A stretch of DNA of 64,000 bases from an uncultured bacterium (GCA_964634215.1 CAZWKR010000001.1:128603-192602), one strand, 5' to 3'; counted from the first letter of the stretch, positions 20,169 to 30,562 are shown. The notes: a model not told the origin generated them from the letters alone. Translations and numbers: made by a program.

Positions 20169-21128
20169 CTATCTATCATATAGTTTTTTAATCCAAGCGG
20201 TATCAGCTTCAGTTAATGTTTCGCCAAGCTCTGCGGCTGCTTTCACTTGATTTTCATCCCTTTGTCCTAGTAAAACACAACCGGTGGGAGAATCTGCTAA
20301 AAGAGCACCAAGTAAGCCATGTAAAACAGGCTGAGGATGATCTGGGAACTTTTCTTCGAGTTTTACTTTATTTTCTTGTAGACGTTTAAGTAAATCTATG
20401 TCTTGGAACTCAGGAACGTTTAATCGAAAATCACCCTCCTTAAATACTGGCGGTTTATCATATTTGCCGGTCAGTAATCCATTTTTAATGGGAGAAAAAA
20501 ATGCGATACCGGCATTGTTTTTTTCTACCCAACCTTTTAATCCACTTGATTCGTATGGGTCGTCCATAACATTTCTATAGGGCTGTATCACATCAGGATT
20601 TACTCGATCAATATATTTCATAATTTTTACTGAGTCCCAATCTGATAAACCAATAAAACGGATTTTTCCTTCATCTTGAAACTTATGAAACAATGCTAGG
20701 GCATCTTCAAAAATAGTATCTGAATCAAAATTGCAATGATGGAAATAATATAAGTCAATTATATCTGTTTGTAGGTTTTTTAAGGACAAATCAACGTGTT
20801 CTTTAATCATCTTCGGATGATAGTAACAATCAAGATTGCCCATATCCCAACCGACCTTAGTTGCCAAAAAAATATCATTGCGCGGTACCGCGCCCCAAAT
20901 ATTACCAATAATTTTTTCAGAATGACCATTACCGTAAACATCGGCAGTATCCCAATGATTGATACCCGATTCCCATGCTTGAATCAATGCAGCTCGCGAG
21001 TCTCCATCAGACTGGTCTGCCCAACCCACTGAACGCCCGCCTGAAACATTGCCACTTCCGTACGACCACGTACCCAGACTAATCGTGGAAACTTTAACTT
21101 CGGTTCGGCCAAATGTTATTTTTTTCAT
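20169..21128 (-). CDS. Aldo/keto reductase
   Basis: 319 aa. An AKR (alpha/beta)8 pattern with DTADVYG and LATKVG, 12 bp upstream of the ALDH gene. Confidence 0.85.
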   Translation of the reverse strand: MKKITFGRTEVKVSTISLGTWSYGSGNVSGGRSVGWADQSDGDSRAALIQAWESGINHWDTADVYGNGHSEKIIGNIWGAVPRNDIFLATKVGWDMGNLDCYYHPKMIKEHVDLSLKNLQTDIIDLYYFHHCNFDSDTIFEDALALFHKFQDEGKIRFIGLSDWDSVKIMKYIDRVNPDVIQPYRNVMDDPYESSGLKGWVEKNNAGIAFFSPIKNGLLTGKYDKPPVFKEGDFRLNVPEFQDIDLLKRLQENKVKLEEKFPDHPQPVLHGLLGALLADSPTGCVLLGQRDENQVKAAAELGETLTEADTAWIKKLYDR

Positions 21129-21202
21129 AATTCCTCAATTTTAATATTCAGAAAATAAGACAGTATGTATGTAAACTCACCTGTTAAATTTTTAAAAATA
21201 TT

Positions 21203-21526
21203 ATGATGAAAACGCTAGACATCGGACACCGTAATTTGTTTTTGGATGATGCAATGACCTTACTTGAAACAGAAGTAAGCGATGCAATGTTTAGCGGCAA
21301 TATTCAGGCAGTGAAGATTATTCACGGTCATGGCTCGGGCGCTCTAAGAAGAGCTGTTAGAGAGTGGTGTAAAACGCAGCACGGTCGTTTCAAGGAGATT
21401 GTTTATGGTGAGGATTATGATATGTTCCATCCTGAAAGTGCAGCCATGCGCGCTGATTGTGGTTTACCATACGACCCTGATTTTGGAAAACGAAACAGAG
21501 CAGTAACATATATCTGGTTTTTGTAA
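21203..21526 (+). CDS. Stand-alone Smr domain protein
   Basis: 107 aa containing VKIIHGHGSGALRRAVREW, an Smr/MutS2 C-terminal nuclease-domain signature. Confidence 0.7.
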   Translation: MMKTLDIGHRNLFLDDAMTLLETEVSDAMFSGNIQAVKIIHGHGSGALRRAVREWCKTQHGRFKEIVYGEDYDMFHPESAAMRADCGLPYDPDFGKRNRAVTYIWFL

Positions 21527-21552
21527 AATTTATGTATCTTTAGGAGTACACA

Positions 21553-22944
21553 ATGACAATTGAAAAATCATACCGTACAGTAATAGAACCCTTCACTATT
21601 AAATCGGTTGAAACATTGCGCCTTACAACGCGCGAAGAGCGTGAGCAGTATTTAAAAGAAGCAGATTACAACTTATTTAAGATTAAATCACAGCACGTGT
21701 TAATTGATCTATTAACAGACAGCGGTACAGGTGCGATGAGTACCGAGCAATGGGCTGCGCTTATGCGCGGCGATGAATCCTATGCCGGAAGTCCAAGTTT
21801 CCAAAGATTTGAGGAATCAGTTAAAGATGTTTTTGGTTTTAAGTTCGTTATCCCAACACATCAAGGAAGAGCTGCTGAACGAATCCTGTTTTCTACGATG
21901 TGCAAAAAAGGTGATGTTGTGCCGAATAATACACACTTTGACACTACACGAGCCAATATCGAATATCGCGGCGCGATTGCGGAAGATTTAGTGATATCGG
22001 AAGGAAAAGATCCAAAAAAAATTCATCCGTTTAAAGGAAATATGGATGTACGAAAACTTCAACGCTTGATTGAAGAAGTTGGCAAAAATAAAATACCGCT
22101 TTGTATGTTAACTATTACCAACAATTCGGGTGGCGGACAGCCGGTTTCTATGGAAAATGTAAGGGAAGTAAAGAAAATACTCGACCAATATACAATCCCA
22201 CTTTATTTTGATGCAGCACGGTTTGCCGAGAATGCCTATTTCATAAAATTGCGTGAAGGTGGATATCAAGATAAATCCATTAAAGAAATAGTTCGTGAAA
22301 TGATGAGCTATGCCGACGGCTGTACTATGAGCGCCAAGAAAGATGGACTTGCAAATATTGGCGGATTCATTTGTACAAACAATGAATCACTTGCACAACA
22401 AGAAAAAGATCTTTTGATCCTAACTGAAGGTTTCCCAACATATGGTGGACTGGCAGGACGTGATTTGGAAGCAATTGCCGTTGGTTTAAGAGAAGTATTA
22501 GAAGAAGATTATTTACGATATCGTCTTGCCGAGGCAAAATATTTAGGTGAGCGATTATTAGCAATTGGTTATCCAATAGTTCAACCACCAGGTGGTCATG
22601 CAATTTATATTGATGCAAAAACAATGCTTCCACATATTCCACCAAGCCAATATCCCGGACAAGCGCTTTCTGCTGAATTATATCTAGCCGGTGGAATCCG
22701 CACGGTAGAGATTGGTTCGGTCATGTTCGGTAAAATTGATCCAAAGACAGGAGAAGAAACGCCGTCTGAAATGGAATTGGTACGCCTTGCCCTGCCCCGC
22801 CGTACACACACCCAAAGCCATATTGACTATGTTTTGGAAGTAGCAAAAGATGTTTATAAACATCGCGAAAATATAAAAGGAATGAAAATCACCGAACAGC
22901 CAAAGTTCTTACGGCATTTTACTGCCAAGTTTGAGTTTGTTTAG
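21553..22944 (+). CDS. tnaA: Beta-eliminating lyase, tryptophanase-like (tryptophanase / tyrosine phenol-lyase family)
   Basis: 463 aa. DLLTDSGTGAMS, IPTHQGRAAE, PLP-lysine block SAKKDGLANIGGF, ARFAENAYFIK, EGFPTYGGLAGRD and C-terminal LRHFTAKFEF. FDTT, FPTYGG and HFTAK resemble tryptophanase more than TPL (YFTTT, MPSYGG, FFTAR). Substrate is not proven. Confidence 0.8.
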   Translation: MTIEKSYRTVIEPFTIKSVETLRLTTREEREQYLKEADYNLFKIKSQHVLIDLLTDSGTGAMSTEQWAALMRGDESYAGSPSFQRFEESVKDVFGFKFVIPTHQGRAAERILFSTMCKKGDVVPNNTHFDTTRANIEYRGAIAEDLVISEGKDPKKIHPFKGNMDVRKLQRLIEEVGKNKIPLCMLTITNNSGGGQPVSMENVREVKKILDQYTIPLYFDAARFAENAYFIKLREGGYQDKSIKEIVREMMSYADGCTMSAKKDGLANIGGFICTNNESLAQQEKDLLILTEGFPTYGGLAGRDLEAIAVGLREVLEEDYLRYRLAEAKYLGERLLAIGYPIVQPPGGHAIYIDAKTMLPHIPPSQYPGQALSAELYLAGGIRTVEIGSVMFGKIDPKTGEETPSEMELVRLALPRRTHTQSHIDYVLEVAKDVYKHRENIKGMKITEQPKFLRHFTAKFEFV

Positions 22945-22971
22945 CCACAAATTGTTAAAACATTTATAAAC

Positions 22972-23000
22972 AAAGAAACCGCTATTTCAGCGGTTTCTTT
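22972..23000. terminator. Bidirectional rho-independent terminator between tnaA-like gene and ppdK
   Basis: aaagaaaccgc / tatttca / gcggtttcttt perfect 11-bp stem flanked by A/T runs, between convergent genes. Confidence 0.8.
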
Positions 23001-23025
23001 GTATCATTTAAATATTAATAATGAT

Positions 23026-25725
23026 TTAGTTTTTTAGCGTCGCCCTTGCAGCTGCCAATCTTGCCACAGGAACGCGGAAAGGCGAACAACTAACATAAGC
23101 CAATCCAACATTGTGGAAAAATTCAATACTGTCAGGATCACCACCGTGTTCTCCACAAATTCCAAGTTTAATGTCAGGATTTGTTGAGCGACCTTTTTGA
23201 ACCGCCATTTCCACTAATTGCCCCACACCGCTTTGGTCTATACTTTGGAATGGATCAACCGGTAATATGTTTTCTTCTAAATAAACCGGCAAAAACCCGC
23301 CAATATCATCACGGCTAAAGCCGTAAGTGGTTTGAGTTAAATCGTTTGTTCCAAAACTAAAAAACTCTGCTGCTTCAGCAATTTCATCGGCCACTAAGCA
23401 GGCACGTGGTAATTCGATCATTGTACCAACCATATATTCGAATTTGATGTTTTGTTCAGTCATCACTTTGTCGGCAATTGTGCGAACGATTGCTTCCTGA
23501 TTTTTATATTCAGCAAGAGAACCAATTAATGGAATCATTATTTCCGGATGAACAGATTTACCTTCTTTTGTTAATTCTGCTGCAGCTTCTAAAATTGCCC
23601 GCGCCTGCATTTCGGTTATTTCGGGATAGGCAATTCCCAAGCGGCATCCGCGATGCCCAAGCATTGGATTGAATTCGTGCAATTCGTCAACGCGTTTATG
23701 AATATCTTTGCTTGCAACATTCAGTTCGTTTGCAAGGTCCTTAAGTCCCTCTTCATCGAGTGTAATAAACTCGTGTAACGGTGGATCCAGCAAACGAATG
23801 GTCACCGGTAAATCGCGCATCGCATCCAAAATGCCTTTAAAATCAGCTTTTTGATATGGTAAAAGTTCCATTACTGCTTCACGCCTTTCTTTCTCTGTTT
23901 TAGCAAGAATCATTTTACGAATTGCTAAAATTCGTTCCGGATCAAAAAACATATGTTCTGTACGGCACAAACCGATACCTTTCGCACCAAACTTTCGTGC
24001 TAAAGCAGCATCTTCCGGACGATCAGCGTTTGTTCTAACTCCAAGTTTGCGTACTCCGTCGGCCCATTCCATTAATTCAGCATATTCTTGATTTGAATCA
24101 GGATTGGCGTCCTTAAGTGGGAGCTGTCCTTCGTAAACTTTACCGGCTGTTCCGTTAAGTGTAAGCCAATCACCTTCGGTATATTTTTTATCACCAACTT
24201 CAAGTGTTTTATTTGTTACAGAAATATGTAACGCCTCGCAACCAACGATACAGCATTTACCCCACCCGCGAGCGACTAATGCTGCGTGACTTGTCATACC
24301 GCCCTTGGAGGTTAAAATCGCAACTGCGGCATGCATTCCGTGTACGTCTTCCGGCGATGTTTCATCGCGCACTAAAATTACTTTTTTGCCTTGGCCTGCT
24401 TGTTCTTCAGCATCATCTGCTGTAAAAACGATTTGTCCGGTAGCGCCACCGGGACCAGCCGGCAATCCTTTTGCCAGGTGCGACTCTTTCCGTTCTGCTT
24501 CCGGATCAACCATTGGGTGTAAAAGTTCATCTAACTGATTTGGCAGAACACGCATTAATGCTTCGTTTTTGTCGATTAGTCCTTCATGTACCATATCAAC
24601 CGCCATTTTGATAGCAGATTGACCATTACGCTTACCATTGCGAGTTTGCAGCATCCATAAACGACCATCTTGAATTGTGAATTCAATATCTTGCATATCG
24701 GTATAATGTTTTTCAAGATCGGTACGAATTTTATCTAATTGTATGTATGCTTCAGAAAATGCTGTTTCAAGAGAATCGGAAGTGTCGTCTTTAGCTTTGG
24801 TTGATTCATTTAATTGTAATGGAGTCCGTATTCCGGCAACCACATCTTCGCCTTGCGCATTGCGTAACCACTCTCCGAAAAATTTATTTTCACCGGTTGC
24901 GGGATTTCGAGTAAAAGCAACGCCTGTAGCTGAATTATCGCCAAGATTGCCAAAGACCATTGCCTGAACGTTTACCGCTGTCCCCCACTCGCCGGGAATA
25001 TTTTCGATTTTACGATAACTAATAGCACGCTTTCCGTTCCAGCTTTTAAATACAGCGCCAATTCCGCCCCACAGTTGTTCCATGTGATCGTCGGGGAATT
25101 CTTTACCGAGAACAACATTAATTTCCTCTTTAAATTGTTCAGTAATATATTTCCAATCATCGGCGTTTAAATCTGTATCAGATTTATAATTATTTTCATC
25201 TTTATACTTATCTAAGATACCTTCCAAGCGGTGGCGTATTCCATGACCATCTTTTGGTTCAACGCCTTCAGATTTTTCCATAACCACATCGGCATACATT
25301 GTAATTAGTCGGCGATAAGCATCGTAAACAAAACGCGGATTATTTGTTTTAGCAATTAATCCGGGGATGGTTTTACTGGTTAAGCCAATATTCAGTACAG
25401 TTTCCATCATGCCGGGCATTGATTGTCGTGCGCCGGAACGAACGGATAGTAATAATGGATTATCAGCGTCGCCAAATCCTTGTTGCATAACTTCTTCTGT
25501 TTGTTGAATGGCTTGATTCGCCTGTTGATCTAATTCAGAAGGATACGCTAATTTATTATCATAATAATAATTACAAACATCGGTTGTAAGTGTAAAGCCG
25601 GGAGGGACGGGAATACCTAAGCTGGTCATTTCTGCCAAGTTAGCACCCTTACCACCTAATTCATTTTTCATTTTTGCATTTCCGTCGGCTTTTCCGCCAC
25701 CGAAAAAATATACATATTTAGACAT
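23026..25725 (-). CDS. ppdK: Pyruvate, phosphate dikinase
   Basis: 899 aa. N-terminus MSKYVYFFGGGKADGNAKMKNELGGKGANLAEM, phospho-His block GGMTSHAALVARG and a C-terminal PEP-utilising TIM barrel (GICGEHGGDP). Confidence 0.95.
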   Translation of the reverse strand: MSKYVYFFGGGKADGNAKMKNELGGKGANLAEMTSLGIPVPPGFTLTTDVCNYYYDNKLAYPSELDQQANQAIQQTEEVMQQGFGDADNPLLLSVRSGARQSMPGMMETVLNIGLTSKTIPGLIAKTNNPRFVYDAYRRLITMYADVVMEKSEGVEPKDGHGIRHRLEGILDKYKDENNYKSDTDLNADDWKYITEQFKEEINVVLGKEFPDDHMEQLWGGIGAVFKSWNGKRAISYRKIENIPGEWGTAVNVQAMVFGNLGDNSATGVAFTRNPATGENKFFGEWLRNAQGEDVVAGIRTPLQLNESTKAKDDTSDSLETAFSEAYIQLDKIRTDLEKHYTDMQDIEFTIQDGRLWMLQTRNGKRNGQSAIKMAVDMVHEGLIDKNEALMRVLPNQLDELLHPMVDPEAERKESHLAKGLPAGPGGATGQIVFTADDAEEQAGQGKKVILVRDETSPEDVHGMHAAVAILTSKGGMTSHAALVARGWGKCCIVGCEALHISVTNKTLEVGDKKYTEGDWLTLNGTAGKVYEGQLPLKDANPDSNQEYAELMEWADGVRKLGVRTNADRPEDAALARKFGAKGIGLCRTEHMFFDPERILAIRKMILAKTEKERREAVMELLPYQKADFKGILDAMRDLPVTIRLLDPPLHEFITLDEEGLKDLANELNVASKDIHKRVDELHEFNPMLGHRGCRLGIAYPEITEMQARAILEAAAELTKEGKSVHPEIMIPLIGSLAEYKNQEAIVRTIADKVMTEQNIKFEYMVGTMIELPRACLVADEIAEAAEFFSFGTNDLTQTTYGFSRDDIGGFLPVYLEENILPVDPFQSIDQSGVGQLVEMAVQKGRSTNPDIKLGICGEHGGDPDSIEFFHNVGLAYVSCSPFRVPVARLAAARATLKN

Positions 25726-25882
25726 CTAAATTCCTTTTTCTGTTTTAATAAAGACTATAAAGTTATCGTTAATTAACATCAAAATTCAATAGAATGTCAC
25801 GATACTGTATATACAAAATTGGACATCATTTTTAAAAATTAACTCGCAAAATGTAAAATAAATACCGTAACCTCTTATCGTA

Positions 25883-27181
25883 ATGAATCTCACAGAACGC
25901 ATAGAATCGGTAATATTATCAAATTTACTACCTTTTGCAGAACGAAAGATTGGTATTGAATGTGAATGTTATTTTTATGACAGCAACCTACAGCGCATTC
26001 CAACAAATCCAGCGGATAGATTTTCATCTACGGACTTAATGAATGAGATGATAGATTTTCAATCTGATGATGAATTAAGAGCAGGATACTCGCTTGAACC
26101 CGGCGGACAGCTAGAATGGGCATCACCGCCAATGAAATCGTTGCACGAGATCAACAAAATGTTTTTACAACATAAAGTTCGTGTTTCTGAAATTGCAAAG
26201 CGGGAAAATTTAAAAATTATTGATTACTCTCTAGAACCACTATACACACCATCTGAGATAGAATTAATTGATAATGAAAAATACCGCCTAATGGATCAAT
26301 TATTTAGCAAGACCGGTAATCTTGGTCAATGGATGATGCGTAACACGTCTAGTATTCAAATAAACATTGATTTTTCTTCACGAGAAGCAGCAGAAAGGAT
26401 GGCATATATAGCGGATTGCCTTTCACCGATAGCATCAGTTTTATTTGCAAATAGTCCTTTTTGGGAAGGGAGGCATAGCAGAAAAGAAAACCTTCGATAT
26501 AAGATTTGGAGCAATACCGACAATTCTCGATGTGGAAATTTATTAGATCACGAAATAGGTAGTCCTAACGGCCTTGTAAGTAAATATGCTCAATTTATTC
26601 AATCGGTACCCGCCATATTTATTGAAGACGAGAGGGGAGGTGTGATCTCCTACAAAAATACTCTCGGCGCATGGTTAAAAGAATTATTCTTTCAGGATAA
26701 ATTAACCGATAGACACATACAAACAGCACTGCATCAAATTTTTACTCATGTACGATTTAAAAATGTTTTGGAAATAAGAGGTTCTGATAGGCCACCCACC
26801 GGGTTTGAGCTAGCACCCGTCGCTTTTTGGACGGGTTTATTACTTGAAGATAAAACTCAAAATGAAATATTTAATGTTGTAAAAAAATGGACAATAGAAG
26901 ATCGCAAGAAATTAAATTTAAGTGCGTATAAATTAGACTTAGAACAAGTCGGACCTGACAACAAGTCTATTGGAGAATGGATAGAGGGGATAAGTGACTT
27001 AGCATTAAAGGGGCTTGGCAGAAGAAGTAAAAAATATTGTATTGAAAACGAACAATCCTTTCTGAAAAAATATATGGATATTTTTAATAAGATGGGAATA
27101 ATTGCTTTAAACGCACAAAAAGAAATGGAAAAAAGCGGTAAAACAGTTAGAGACTTCATCCAATGGTGTAAACCCTATTAA
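25883..27181 (+). CDS. Glutamate--cysteine ligase, plant-type (GCS2 family)
   Basis: 432 aa. IGIECE, LEPGGQLEWASPP and IRGSD blocks resemble plant/alphaproteobacterial gamma-glutamylcysteine synthetase. A related EgtA-like role is not excluded. Confidence 0.7.
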   Translation: MNLTERIESVILSNLLPFAERKIGIECECYFYDSNLQRIPTNPADRFSSTDLMNEMIDFQSDDELRAGYSLEPGGQLEWASPPMKSLHEINKMFLQHKVRVSEIAKRENLKIIDYSLEPLYTPSEIELIDNEKYRLMDQLFSKTGNLGQWMMRNTSSIQINIDFSSREAAERMAYIADCLSPIASVLFANSPFWEGRHSRKENLRYKIWSNTDNSRCGNLLDHEIGSPNGLVSKYAQFIQSVPAIFIEDERGGVISYKNTLGAWLKELFFQDKLTDRHIQTALHQIFTHVRFKNVLEIRGSDRPPTGFELAPVAFWTGLLLEDKTQNEIFNVVKKWTIEDRKKLNLSAYKLDLEQVGPDNKSIGEWIEGISDLALKGLGRRSKKYCIENEQSFLKKYMDIFNKMGIIALNAQKEMEKSGKTVRDFIQWCKPY

Positions 27182-27318
27182 GAAAATGGGAAAACACCTG
27201 ATTGCGCTAATAATAAAAATTAAATAGTTTTTACTCATATCAAACAATTGCTAATATTTATGTTGTGGTTTTCAATGTGAACGCATTAATTTGACTAAAA
27301 TTTAATAATTATTAAAAA

Positions 27319-29832
27319 ATGATTAAAAAAATTGCTTTATTAAGTAGCATAGTTCTAATTACACTTCTCTTTATTTATTGCACAACAGATGAATCAACAA
27401 TTATTGGTCCTTTTGGTAATTCCGATAAATATGTTTCTGTTGCAAGCGTTGTAGAAAAAGAAACGGTGTACTCCAAAGGAGACTCGTCCATTGTAACCAT
27501 TAGAGTCTTAGATGTTAATAATTCTCCAGCAATTGGATTAAGAGTTAGTTTTACAGCACAATTTGGAAGTATTACGGAATCTGTTTTAACAGATTCCAGT
27601 GGAATAGCAGTTGCTACTTTTATATCAGATGAAAATACCGGAGCAAACATTATTACCGTTGATACGGGTATAAAGAAATATACATTAGTCATTAATGTTG
27701 TTAACTACCATCCCAAATATATAGAGCTGTTTTCCGAATCACCGGTTTTGCTTGCAGACGGAATTTCGTCAACGATCATTACAGCAGTATTGAAAGACAG
27801 TGTTGGTAATCCGATGTCTGACATGACTGTAAATTTCACAACGACCCTTGGAGTACTAGAAAGTCAAATTGAATTAACCGATAATGACGGTATGGCTAAA
27901 ACAAAACTAACCAGCTCAGTTATCCAAGGAGAAGCTACCATTACAGCATCTGCGGGTATTGAAAAATCAATAGCTGTTATATTTCATATGGATGTACCAG
28001 CCCTTATTGAACTATCTGCAGAATATCCGGTTTTATTAGCTGATGGTTCCTCAAGTACAAAAGTTACAGCGACCGTAAGAGACGAATCAGGTGCGCGAAT
28101 GGCTTATGAAAAAGTTAGCTTTTTTACTAATCTAGGAGAAGTTGAACCGTCAGTAGAACAAACAGGATTAGATGGTATTGCAACAACAACGCTGATTAGC
28201 AGTACAACTCCAGGTACAGCTCGCGTAATTGCCACATCCTTCGTTTCTGATACTACTTATGTGGAGTTTAACATTAATATACCAACATACATGGAAGTGT
28301 ATTCAACACCCAATCAGATAATAGCTGATGGTCAATCAATTTCTATAATAACAGCCATTCCTAAGGACAGTAATTTTGCACCAATGGTAGGGGTTCCCGT
28401 ACAATTTACCACAACACTTGGTCTATTAAAAGAAGCGTCAAAAATTACAAATGGAGACGGAATCGCCGAAGTAGAGTTAGTTAGCGATGCCACGGCCGGA
28501 GAAGCAGAGGTAACAGCAACCTCTTCTATCAAGGGCAAAGCAATAGTAACATTTATAGCTTATAACCCAGCTTCAATTGAATTAATTGCGGAAGAAAACT
28601 CAATACTGGCAGATGGAATTTCTGAAGTCGATATTACTGCTAGAGTTATTAATTCCGCTGGAAGTATTATTCCGGGAGCTGTTGTTAATTTCTCAACAAA
28701 CTATGGTTCGTTCTATGGTTCATCAAATACAACTAGTGTTCGAGCCAACCAAGAAGGAAATGCAATTGTTACACTTCGAAGCGCCGGCAGTGTGACAGGT
28801 TTTGATACTGAAGTTACCGCTGAAGTTCAAGATACAGATATATCGGAGACTGTTATGGTGAGATTTCGCGGTATTACCATGACAACATATGTTGATTCTG
28901 CCCAGTTTGCTACCGGTGGATATTACAACGTATTTGTCCGCGCTGAACTGATAGATAACGACGAAGGTACAGCCGTAGTAAACGCAACAGTGGCTTTTGA
29001 GTCAACAATTGGAACAATGGTGCCGGAAGCTGACGGTACAGATGAATTCGGTAGGGCATTTTCAATGATGTACACCGGGGTAACAGGCACCTATCAGGGA
29101 GGCCTTATTGTTACACCGGAATTATTCCATGCATCTGAAGTGAGTGCCCCAACACCTAGTATGGAAATTCCTGGTGTTGAGACATTAATTTCTACTGTAG
29201 ACGATGAAGTAATGGGAGATGGGGAAGGATGGGCATTGGTTAAAGCAACTCTTAGGGAGGTTACCGGGGAAGCGATAATCAATACAGACATTGACTGGGA
29301 GACTACAGTGGGCACAATAATAGGACAATCAAGAACAAATACCAGTGGTCATACAATTGACACATTGAGAATTGAAAATTCAGTTAGCTCAGATACAGAT
29401 GTAACGATTACAGCCAATTATGGTGACAATGTTTCTATTAGTGATGTCATTACATTTATTGAACCAATCACTTCGAATCGAATAATTTTAGGTTTTGAAC
29501 CAGATACATCAGGACATGGTTTTATTCCGTGTGATATAGACACAGTAGAGATTGGAACAAGAGATATGGGCATAACCGCCCTATTTGTTAATGCTAATAG
29601 TAATCCTATTGGCGGTGAGTTAATAAGTTTCCGGATTGTACCGAATAATATGGCAGCCATTTGTGAATCAACATCTACTATTGGTGATGAAAATGGACGA
29701 TCAACGGTCATGGTTGCTTACCCTATTCAGAATAGTGGGGAAATAGTGCGCATTTGGGCTGAGGCACCCGATGAGACAACAGGGAGCATTGATGTTATTC
29801 TTCCAACAGTTATAGCAGAAGAAGGAGGATAA
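27319..29832 (+). CDS. Large lipoprotein with tandem bacterial Ig-like (Big_1/invasin-type) domains
   Basis: 837 aa. Signal peptide ending in Cys (LLFIYC TTDES). Five 95-aa repeats share the pattern ...ADG.S...ITA.V.D..G.P..G..V.F.T.LG.......T...G.A...L.S....G.A.VTA. The C-terminal half is more degenerate. Confidence 0.75.
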   Translation: MIKKIALLSSIVLITLLFIYCTTDESTIIGPFGNSDKYVSVASVVEKETVYSKGDSSIVTIRVLDVNNSPAIGLRVSFTAQFGSITESVLTDSSGIAVATFISDENTGANIITVDTGIKKYTLVINVVNYHPKYIELFSESPVLLADGISSTIITAVLKDSVGNPMSDMTVNFTTTLGVLESQIELTDNDGMAKTKLTSSVIQGEATITASAGIEKSIAVIFHMDVPALIELSAEYPVLLADGSSSTKVTATVRDESGARMAYEKVSFFTNLGEVEPSVEQTGLDGIATTTLISSTTPGTARVIATSFVSDTTYVEFNINIPTYMEVYSTPNQIIADGQSISIITAIPKDSNFAPMVGVPVQFTTTLGLLKEASKITNGDGIAEVELVSDATAGEAEVTATSSIKGKAIVTFIAYNPASIELIAEENSILADGISEVDITARVINSAGSIIPGAVVNFSTNYGSFYGSSNTTSVRANQEGNAIVTLRSAGSVTGFDTEVTAEVQDTDISETVMVRFRGITMTTYVDSAQFATGGYYNVFVRAELIDNDEGTAVVNATVAFESTIGTMVPEADGTDEFGRAFSMMYTGVTGTYQGGLIVTPELFHASEVSAPTPSMEIPGVETLISTVDDEVMGDGEGWALVKATLREVTGEAIINTDIDWETTVGTIIGQSRTNTSGHTIDTLRIENSVSSDTDVTITANYGDNVSISDVITFIEPITSNRIILGFEPDTSGHGFIPCDIDTVEIGTRDMGITALFVNANSNPIGGELISFRIVPNNMAAICESTSTIGDENGRSTVMVAYPIQNSGEIVRIWAEAPDETTGSIDVILPTVIAEEGG
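27436..28860 (+). repeat. Five in-frame tandem repeats of exactly 285 bp (95 aa) inside the Ig-like lipoprotein gene
   Basis: Repeat landmarks (Y)IEL / IEL / MEV / IEL fall at 27721, 28006, 28291 and 28576, each exactly 285 bp apart. The DNA has diverged, so the repeat is visible mainly at protein level. Confidence 0.75.
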
Positions 29833-29836
29833 CAAA

Positions 29837-30559
29837 ATGACCAAATTATTCACAAAAGCAATATTTTACACACTATTGATTATAGGTAGCTTGTTTGCTC
29901 AACATGAAACAGTTGGAGTTGAATACATTCAACACGACCGTAACATAGATTCCTTGAGAACAAAATCTAATATTTTGTCAATGAGTTATCGTAAAGAATT
30001 ACCCTCTGGAACACGGCTTGCTGCATCGTTAGGCTTAGATTATGTAAAGTTTTTCGAGAATGATTTAGCAACAAATCCAATGCTTAAAAGTACAAATCAA
30101 ATTTTTGTACAATTAGAAGGATTACAAAAATTTTATTATATGTATCTTAAAGGAGCAGTACAGTTTTATTCCATTAAGGGTAATGTAGTAGAAGTAACCG
30201 GTGGGTATAATGAGGTTTTGCACGACAATATTTATAGAATTTTTGAATTTCCACTAGGTGCAGGATTCACATTTCCTATTGATGATTTTGATTTTTATAT
30301 TGGATTAAATAAGGTGTATTTCTACGGAACCAACGAAAAAGAAATCATCGTTAACAATAGCGGAAATGAAACAAGTCTTGGTTCGACCGCCCGAAGAACC
30401 TTTCAAACGGAATTAGGATTGGGTGCGGAAGCCACAATTTTATATCATCTTTCTGATAAATTAGAATTTGAATTAAATTTCACAAAATATGAGAAAAAAG
30501 ATTTTTCAGTTCGCGTTTCTATTTGGGGACCTCTCAAGCGAATGCTATTAGTAAATTAG
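29837..30559 (+). CDS. Small outer-membrane beta-barrel-like protein
   Basis: 240 aa. Signal peptide (GSLFA QHE) and alternating hydrophobic/aromatic beta-strand pattern. It lies 4 bp after the Ig-like lipoprotein gene. Confidence 0.55.
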   Translation: MTKLFTKAIFYTLLIIGSLFAQHETVGVEYIQHDRNIDSLRTKSNILSMSYRKELPSGTRLAASLGLDYVKFFENDLATNPMLKSTNQIFVQLEGLQKFYYMYLKGAVQFYSIKGNVVEVTGGYNEVLHDNIYRIFEFPLGAGFTFPIDDFDFYIGLNKVYFYGTNEKEIIVNNSGNETSLGSTARRTFQTELGLGAEATILYHLSDKLEFELNFTKYEKKDFSVRVSIWGPLKRMLLVN

Positions 30560-30562
30560 TCT

